64,000 bases of DNA, taken from assembly GCA_934754495.1 (NCBI GenBank), contig CAKVHW010000001.1, positions 136,462 through 200,461 of the forward strand, read 5' to 3'. The notes under the pieces were generated by a model. The model was not told the origin of the DNA and ran no database searches. It saw only the letters and a list, made by a program, of their open reading frames with translations. Position numbers and translations under genes: made by a program. Position 1 is the first letter of the stretch, and every line of letters starts with the position of its first letter. Source of the stretch: an uncultured Clostridia bacterium. Lineage in GTDB: Bacteria > Bacillota > Clostridia > Christensenellales > UBA1242. Shown here piece by piece: positions 58,004 through 64,000 of the stretch.

Positions 58004-58032
58004 AAAAGACCTAAAATAAATAGGTCTTTTTT
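58004..58032 (+). terminator. Terminator after the ABC operon
   Basis: AAGACCTA...TAGGTCTT followed by TTTT. Confidence 0.8.
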
Positions 58033-58119
58033 AAAAACACATGAAAACATTATTTGATTTATTTGTGTCATAATTAATAATGATGCTATAATAAAAATAT
58101 ATAAGGAGTGTGTAATCTT

Positions 58120-58341
58120 ATGAAAAACAAAACAAAAATTATTATGGATGCAATTTGTGGAAGCCTTATTATGCTTAGTATTCTTATCTATATAATTTTA
58201 GGTTTAACAATTAAATGGTGGCACCCAGGTTGGGTTATAATTGTAGGCACAATTATCGTTATTAGCATTATGGCTATTGTTACCGATGCAGTTGTAAAAC
58301 TTCAAGCAAAACCAGAAGAAACACCAAAAGACGAGAAATAA
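58120..58341 (+). CDS. Small membrane protein (2 TM)
   Basis: MKNKTKIIMDAICGSLIMLSILIYIILGL...; the start is uncertain (GTG 58108 or ATG 58120). Confidence 0.5.
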   Translation: MKNKTKIIMDAICGSLIMLSILIYIILGLTIKWWHPGWVIIVGTIIVISIMAIVTDAVVKLQAKPEETPKDEK

Positions 58342-58383
58342 TAAAAAATCACCATTTAAGGACTGACATTTTTGAAACTAGCG

Positions 58384-58430
58384 AAAAAAAATAAGACATT
58401 CTATAAGCAGAGTAGAATGTCTTATTTTAT
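58384..58430. terminator. Bidirectional terminator after hsdR
   Basis: 14-bp stem AATAAGACATTCTA / TAGAATGTCTTATT flanked by an A-run and a T-run. Confidence 0.85.
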
Positions 58431-61393
58431 TATTCTTTTAATTTGTTATAAACAACTCTAAATAAAGCGGATTTTATGTCGTTCATAAATTCTTCATCAG
58501 TAAATAATATTTTGAAAAGTTCACTATTTTGTTCATATCTTTGAATAGCTTTGTTTTCAAATTCTTTATCATAAACTTTCTTAAATGCCTTTTCTTCATT
58601 GTTTCTAGCAAAAGCTTTCATTCGTTCATCGTTAAGATAATCACTTTCGATTTGTTCAAATACCTTATCCATATTTGTGAACTTAGTTTGGTACTTCTTA
58701 TTTATTTTGTCAATAATTTCACTTAATTTATTTTTTTTTTCTTCACATTTTCTTCCAATATTACCTGTTGCAGGAGCTATTTCTCCTTGCTCTTTTGTTA
58801 AACTAATACTTCCTTCAAATTTCTTTTCGATTTTAAAATATTCTAGTTCGACTAGGTCTTTAACATCAATTTTTTTAGTATTGTCTTTAGGGAGAAACTG
58901 GTTTAAATATTTATAATAAATGTATGATGCTTGCAGATCTTTATCATTCATTCTAGTAACTTGTGTAACAAAATTATAATTTCTTAAAAATGCTCGCATT
59001 ATTGATTTGAATTCGTATTTATCTTTCTTGTCCAAATTAATGTATTTTTCTTTTGATTTATACAAATATGAACTTAATTTTCCCATATCTTCCGAGTTTG
59101 AATAATACAAATCCGCAAATCCATTAATGTCGTTAATGTCAACTATTTTATATGCCTCCAATCTACCATAAATATCATACACATTATTTACATCAAAACC
59201 TTCCGTTAAAACTGTTCCTTGATAATAATCTTGAAATGCATTTTGTATTTCCTCTGCTTTGTTAACAAAATCGAGAACAAATGTATCTGTTTTACCTTCA
59301 CAAATTCTATTTAATCTTGATAAAGTTTGAACTGCTTTAATTCCAGAAAGTTTTTTATCAACAAACATAGTATGAAGAAGTGGCTGATCAAAACCTGTTT
59401 GATATTTCTCTGCAACGATTAAAACATTGTATTCTTCATCAAATGCTTCAGGAAGCTGAGTTTCGCTGATTTTATTGATGCCAGCCTCAGTATATGTTTC
59501 ATTTGTGTCAGGATCAAAAACCTCACCAGAAAATGCAACTAATACTTTTATTTTATCTTCCATTGAAATCTTTTTGATGTATTCTTTGAAAGCATTTATA
59601 TATTTTACTGCATGCAATCTTGAAGGTGTTACAACCATAGCTTTTGCTCTTCCATTAATCTTGTATGCGGTCGTATTTAAAAATTGTTCTATTATAATTG
59701 CGGTTTTTTGCGAAATATTAGTAGGATGCAAAGTTTCAAATCGAATTAATTCTTTAATACCTTTTCCAGCCTCAAATTCAGGATCTTCATTTGCTTTTTT
59801 AACAAGTTTATAAAATGTGCTGTATGTCATATAGTTTTGAAGAACATCTAATATAAAACCTTCCTCAATAGCTTGTTGCATAGAATAAATATGAAATGGA
59901 ACGTAAGTACCAGATTCAGTTTTATTTCCAAAAATTTGTAAAGTTTTTGCTTTTGGTGTTGCCGTAAAGGCAAAGAATGAAAGGTTTTTTTGTTTTCCTT
60001 GACTTGCCAGTTCATTTAAAAGTTTATCTTCATTTTCAGAAGCAAGTTCTTCTAGTTCGCTTTCTATTTTAATTGCTTCTTCTAAATCACCCAATCCTGC
60101 CTTTAATTTTTTAGCACTATTGCCAGTTTGTGAAGAATGAGCTTCATCTATTATAACCGCAAAATGTTTGTTTTCAGATTTGATATCTTTGTATATTATA
60201 GGAAATTTTTGTAATGTTGTAATAATAATCTTCTTACCTGAATTTACTGCAGTTAATAAATCCTTGCTAGATTTATTTTTATCAATTTTTTCAATGAACC
60301 CCAAAGTGTGCTCAAATTGATAAATATTATCTTGTAGTTGTTGATCAAGCACTCGTCTGTCAGTGATAACGATAACGCTATCAAATATTGTTTTATCATC
60401 TTTATCATGTAATGTTGCTAAGCGATAGGCAAGCCATGCAATGCTATTGCTTTTACCACTTCCAGCACTATGTTGAATCAAATAATTTTTTCCTGCACCA
60501 TTTTGTTTAGCATCTGCTATTAATTTTCTAACTACATCTAGTTGATGATATCTTGGAAATATTAATGTTTTTTTAATTTCTCCGGTCTTTTTATTTTTTT
60601 TAACTTCTAATTGAATATATTTATTTAAGATATCAAACAGACTATCTTTATTTAATACATTTTCCCATAAATATGCTGTCGCAAAACCATTTTCATTGTA
60701 TGGATTCCCTTTTCCTCCGACGTTGCCGGCACTATTAGATCCTTGATTAAATGGCAAAAATTTTGTTGCTATTCCATTTAATTTTGTGGTCATGTATACT
60801 TCTTGCAAATCTACAGCAAAATGAACTAAAGATCTTTTATTAAATCGGAAAATTATTTCATTTGGATCTCTGTCATTTTTATACTGACGAATTGCATCAT
60901 CACATGTTTGTCCTGTAAATTCATTCTTTAATTCTATTGTTACAATAGGGAAACCATTAATAAATAAAACAGAATCTAAGCTATTATTGTTTAAATATGA
61001 ATAATGAAGCTGACGAACAAGTTTACAAATATTTTGTTCGTATAGTTTCATACTATCAGCATTGATATTGCTTTCAGGTTTAAAGAAAATAAGATTAATT
61101 GTTACTCCATTTAATTTTATTCCATTTCGTAATACATGTAAGAATCCATTTTCATCAATATTTTTCTTTAGTCTATCAATAAAGTATGTTTCAGCTTGAC
61201 TACCTTGACTATCTATAACTTTTTTCCATTCTCTTGGTTGGGATGTTTTAATGAATGAAAACATATCAGAAATAATAATTCCTGTTTTGTTATCGTATCC
61301 AGTTTCGTCAGCTTTAATGTAACCACCTTTAGTAGTTAAGTATTTTTCAATAAAAGCTTCATAATTTTTTTCTTTAGTTTCCATTAAATACAC
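58430..61393 (-). CDS. hsdR: Type I restriction enzyme, R subunit
   Basis: 987 aa. N-terminal nuclease motif VTIELKNE, helicase motif I HSAGSGKSNS and motif II VIIDEAHSSQ. Confidence 0.93.
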   Translation of the reverse strand: MYLMETKEKNYEAFIEKYLTTKGGYIKADETGYDNKTGIIISDMFSFIKTSQPREWKKVIDSQGSQAETYFIDRLKKNIDENGFLHVLRNGIKLNGVTINLIFFKPESNINADSMKLYEQNICKLVRQLHYSYLNNNSLDSVLFINGFPIVTIELKNEFTGQTCDDAIRQYKNDRDPNEIIFRFNKRSLVHFAVDLQEVYMTTKLNGIATKFLPFNQGSNSAGNVGGKGNPYNENGFATAYLWENVLNKDSLFDILNKYIQLEVKKNKKTGEIKKTLIFPRYHQLDVVRKLIADAKQNGAGKNYLIQHSAGSGKSNSIAWLAYRLATLHDKDDKTIFDSVIVITDRRVLDQQLQDNIYQFEHTLGFIEKIDKNKSSKDLLTAVNSGKKIIITTLQKFPIIYKDIKSENKHFAVIIDEAHSSQTGNSAKKLKAGLGDLEEAIKIESELEELASENEDKLLNELASQGKQKNLSFFAFTATPKAKTLQIFGNKTESGTYVPFHIYSMQQAIEEGFILDVLQNYMTYSTFYKLVKKANEDPEFEAGKGIKELIRFETLHPTNISQKTAIIIEQFLNTTAYKINGRAKAMVVTPSRLHAVKYINAFKEYIKKISMEDKIKVLVAFSGEVFDPDTNETYTEAGINKISETQLPEAFDEEYNVLIVAEKYQTGFDQPLLHTMFVDKKLSGIKAVQTLSRLNRICEGKTDTFVLDFVNKAEEIQNAFQDYYQGTVLTEGFDVNNVYDIYGRLEAYKIVDINDINGFADLYYSNSEDMGKLSSYLYKSKEKYINLDKKDKYEFKSIMRAFLRNYNFVTQVTRMNDKDLQASYIYYKYLNQFLPKDNTKKIDVKDLVELEYFKIEKKFEGSISLTKEQGEIAPATGNIGRKCEEKKNKLSEIIDKINKKYQTKFTNMDKVFEQIESDYLNDERMKAFARNNEEKAFKKVYDKEFENKAIQRYEQNSELFKILFTDEEFMNDIKSALFRVVYNKLKE

Positions 61394-62685
61394 CTCTTTT
61401 TACCTGTTACATATTCATATATCATAGATCTTTTGTAAGTTTCAAGTTCTTCAATTTTTTTATTTTTAATTTTAATTAAATCATCAATACATTTGCATTT
61501 ATTATTTAATGCATTTACTATTGACTTTTGTTCGTTTTGAGGCGGTAACACCACAAAACATTGTGATAGCATTCTCTTTGTAATACTAAACAATTTAACA
61601 CCATTGACTCTGCTTCTAAGTTGACTTTTCCATAAATCTGTCATAAACTGAAAAGCTAAATAATTTGAATATGTATTGTTTTTGTTTATTAATGAAATCG
61701 TATGGTATCCAGCAAAAACCGTGTCGTTATTATCAATATGTATAAAATCACCGGTTCCTTCTAAATCCTCAGAAGTATCTGCAAATACAAAATCACCATA
61801 ATGGACTAGAGAATTTTGATTTGTATCCAAATATTCATCAGAAACAAATCTATAAAGACTATCATCTATTTTAACTGATTTATTTGATTTTGAGTGTATT
61901 TGTCCATAACTAATTACTTTTATTCCATTTTTAATTAGATTTTCTTTTGTAATTGGCAATCCTTTACCAAAATCAAATAATATTTTTAAAGGAATTATGT
62001 TCCAATTATCAGGAACCTGTCCAAAATAATCAATGTTTTTCATTTTTGTAGTTTTATTTAGACCTTGAACTACAATTTCTGATATAACCGATTGTTTGTA
62101 TTCTTCTAATTTTTCAATTTCTTTTTCTTCAAGTGAAATAAGCGCATCAATTTGAGAACATTTTTTATCAAGAAAGTCTGCAATTTGAGTTTGTTCTTCA
62201 AAAGATGGGAGTGGTATGTAATAATTCATCAACGTTTCATTATTTAATGTCCATCTATTATCAAAAGATACACCTTTGCCGTGAGCAAAAAATGTCATTG
62301 CCCAATATTGACATTTAAAATAATAATCATAGTACCTGGAATCTGATTTTCTGTAACTTCGCAAATTCATATATGCAGGACTTATAACGCCATTAACTTT
62401 AGAGTAGCTACAATTTGCTCCACTGTATAAATCCATAGGGTTTAATAATAAATCTCCAACTTTTACAGGATTATAATCATAATAACTTTCGGCTAATTGT
62501 CCTTCATTATTAGAAATATCCCTTATTTTAACACCACTTCTAGCAAGCGATAAAACTACTGGATTTTCTGTTTGAGCCTTTGCTTGACTTCTATAGAATA
62601 TATTTTTAACTTTTCCCACATTCCAACTATCAGGTATTTGACCAATCCATTTAACTGAACTTTCTTTATAATTATTCATTACCAA
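61384..62685 (-). CDS. hsdS: Type I restriction enzyme, S (specificity) subunit
   Basis: 433 aa with two target-recognition halves, each followed by a conserved coiled-coil spacer (EEQTQIADFLDKKCSQIDALI... and QNEQKSIVNALNNKCKCIDDLI...). Overlaps hsdM by 14 nt and hsdR by 10 nt. Confidence 0.9.
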   Translation of the reverse strand: MVMNNYKESSVKWIGQIPDSWNVGKVKNIFYRSQAKAQTENPVVLSLARSGVKIRDISNNEGQLAESYYDYNPVKVGDLLLNPMDLYSGANCSYSKVNGVISPAYMNLRSYRKSDSRYYDYYFKCQYWAMTFFAHGKGVSFDNRWTLNNETLMNYYIPLPSFEEQTQIADFLDKKCSQIDALISLEEKEIEKLEEYKQSVISEIVVQGLNKTTKMKNIDYFGQVPDNWNIIPLKILFDFGKGLPITKENLIKNGIKVISYGQIHSKSNKSVKIDDSLYRFVSDEYLDTNQNSLVHYGDFVFADTSEDLEGTGDFIHIDNNDTVFAGYHTISLINKNNTYSNYLAFQFMTDLWKSQLRSRVNGVKLFSITKRMLSQCFVVLPPQNEQKSIVNALNNKCKCIDDLIKIKNKKIEELETYKRSMIYEYVTGKKRCI

Positions 62686-64000
62686 ACAACTCCTTCATTA
62701 ATAATGTTTCTCCCTTTTCTAATTGTTTGATTTCAGTAAAAATTTCTTTTGAAGATTTTGGCGGAATATATTTATAAAATAGTTTAACAAAAGGTATCTC
62801 ATAACCAACTTTAGTCTTGCTTGTGTCAATGTATGCATCCGGATTGTATGGGTATACATTTTTTTTCATATAATTTTCAAAATCTTCTTTTGCAGGAATA
62901 ATCTCAAAATCTCTTAAATTTTTATTTGCCTGTTTGTTTCCTTTTTTATCTAAAACAAGTTTTCCTTTGTCATCTTTTAAAGGAGTTTCTACAGTAACCT
63001 TAAAATATTTGAAATCATCATTACCAAGAATTATACTGTTTTCAGTATTCTTATAATCATCATACAATTTTGTAATTTGAGATATTTGTGATTTTGAAAT
63101 ATCATTCCTTTTTTCACCCAAAGGCTTACGCCTCTTTGTAAACATTTCATTCGCATTAATGAGTTGAACTTTACCTTGTCTTTCTTTTGATTTTTTATTT
63201 GATAGTAACCAAATATAAGTAGTTATTCCTGTATTGTAAAAAATATCATTTGGAAGTTGAATAATAGCTTCAAGCAAATCGTTTTCAATTAAATATTTTC
63301 GAATTTCACTAGGACCACTTTCTGCATCGCCAGTAAATAATGGTGAACCATTATGAATAATAGCAACTTTACTGCCAGTAGGTTTCATTTTAGATATTGC
63401 ATTTTGCAAGAACAACATTTGACTATCACTAACAGCAGGTAAACCGGCTCCAAATCTTCCAGCGAAACCACGTTTATATTCTTTTTCTACTTCATCTTTA
63501 TCTTTTTTCCATTCTCTACCAAATGGTGGGTTCATAATAATATAATCAAATTGATCGTCAGGGAATTGATCATTAGAAAGAGTACTGCCAAATCTGATGG
63601 ATGCGTTTTTGCCACCTTTCAACAGCATATCGCTTTTACAAATTGCATAGGTTTGTGGATTGATTTCTTGTCCAGATGTAAACACTTCATTGGTATTATT
63701 TAGTTGTTTAATTCTTTCATAGGAAATAGATAACATCCCACCGGTTCCACATGCTCCGTCGTATATTTGAATAACTTTATTATTTTCACTTAATTCTTCA
63801 TTGTTTAATAGTAAATTAACCATTAAATCAATTATTTCTCTAGGTGTGTAGAATTCCCCAGCATCAGCTTGATATGTTTCACTAAATTTTCTAATTACTT
63901 CTTCAAATATATAACCCATTTCAATATCGCTAATTTTATCGGGATGCAAATCCGCCTTTTCAGTGTTAAATTCAGAAATAATTAAGTATAAAAGGCCGGC
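62672..64000 (-). CDS. hsdM: Type I restriction enzyme, M (N6-adenine methyltransferase) subunit; N-terminus beyond the window end
   Basis: YDGACGTGGML (AdoMet motif I) and IIMNPPFG (motif IV). The frame stays open upstream of the track's TTG start (63949) all the way to nt 64000 (…AGLLYLIISEFNTEKADLHPDK), so the gene is truncated by the window. Confidence 0.92.
   Translation of the reverse strand, partial: AGLLYLIISEFNTEKADLHPDKISDIEMGYIFEEVIRKFSETYQADAGEFYTPREIIDLMVNLLLNNEELSENNKVIQIYDGACGTGGMLSISYERIKQLNNTNEVFTSGQEINPQTYAICKSDMLLKGGKNASIRFGSTLSNDQFPDDQFDYIIMNPPFGREWKKDKDEVEKEYKRGFAGRFGAGLPAVSDSQMLFLQNAISKMKPTGSKVAIIHNGSPLFTGDAESGPSEIRKYLIENDLLEAIIQLPNDIFYNTGITTYIWLLSNKKSKERQGKVQLINANEMFTKRRKPLGEKRNDISKSQISQITKLYDDYKNTENSIILGNDDFKYFKVTVETPLKDDKGKLVLDKKGNKQANKNLRDFEIIPAKEDFENYMKKNVYPYNPDAYIDTSKTKVGYEIPFVKLFYKYIPPKSSKEIFTEIKQLEKGETLLMKELFGNE

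Overview
This is a 64-kb chromosomal window from a very A+T-rich, low-GC Bacillota/Mollicutes-like bacterium. It uses the standard genetic code: every conserved gene is intact with TGA as a stop. All domain calls come from motifs I could read in the translations. No database search was possible.

(1) 1-19 kb, the replication-origin neighbourhood. On the minus strand lie parB (partial), parA, rsmG, mnmG, mnmE, jag, yidC, yidD, rnpA, rpmH, dnaN, dnaA, an amidohydrolase-like gene and recF. These diverge from gyrB-gyrA on the plus strand. Four perfect parS cores sit at 1.4-2.8 kb. The order recF-X-dnaA-dnaN is non-canonical. The dnaA..recF block is bracketed by two same-orientation arrays of a GC-rich ~58-64-bp tandem repeat (10598-10863 and 14271-14449). 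The first array abuts a cluster of ATGTGYAYAACT DnaA-box-like motifs.

(2) 19-32 kb, mostly housekeeping. It holds efp, an SDR, an acyltransferase plus a glycolipid glycosyltransferase, DUF1538 with two P-II-like genes, a U32 peptidase and a nucleoside hydrolase. Two orphan genes follow gyrA.

(3) Three singleton tRNA genes, each next to accessory DNA.
- tRNA-Arg(ACG) is followed by two paralogous PD-(D/E)xK-like genes and a 40-codon integrase remnant.
- tRNA-Arg(TCG) lies between a large LRR surface protein and an M64-type metalloprotease.
- tRNA-Ser(TGA) is followed by an ~8.3-kb island flanked by a duplicated two-block sequence (44417-44460 / 52764-52787).

The tRNA-Ser island is the best candidate for an undescribed system. 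It carries three proteins with RNxxxH HEPN motifs:
- an 876-aa HEPN / NB-ARC-type STAND NTPase / TPR / cold-shock-domain fusion with a small downstream partner;
- a divergently transcribed three-TM membrane HEPN protein;
- an Abi-like HEPN protein.

It also holds an HNH-like protein and a leaderless 497-aa orphan.

(4) 52.8-64 kb. This stretch holds ASCH, GtrA, GNAT, a heterodimeric ABC exporter and a type I R-M operon (hsdM-hsdS-hsdR, with hsdM truncated by the window end).
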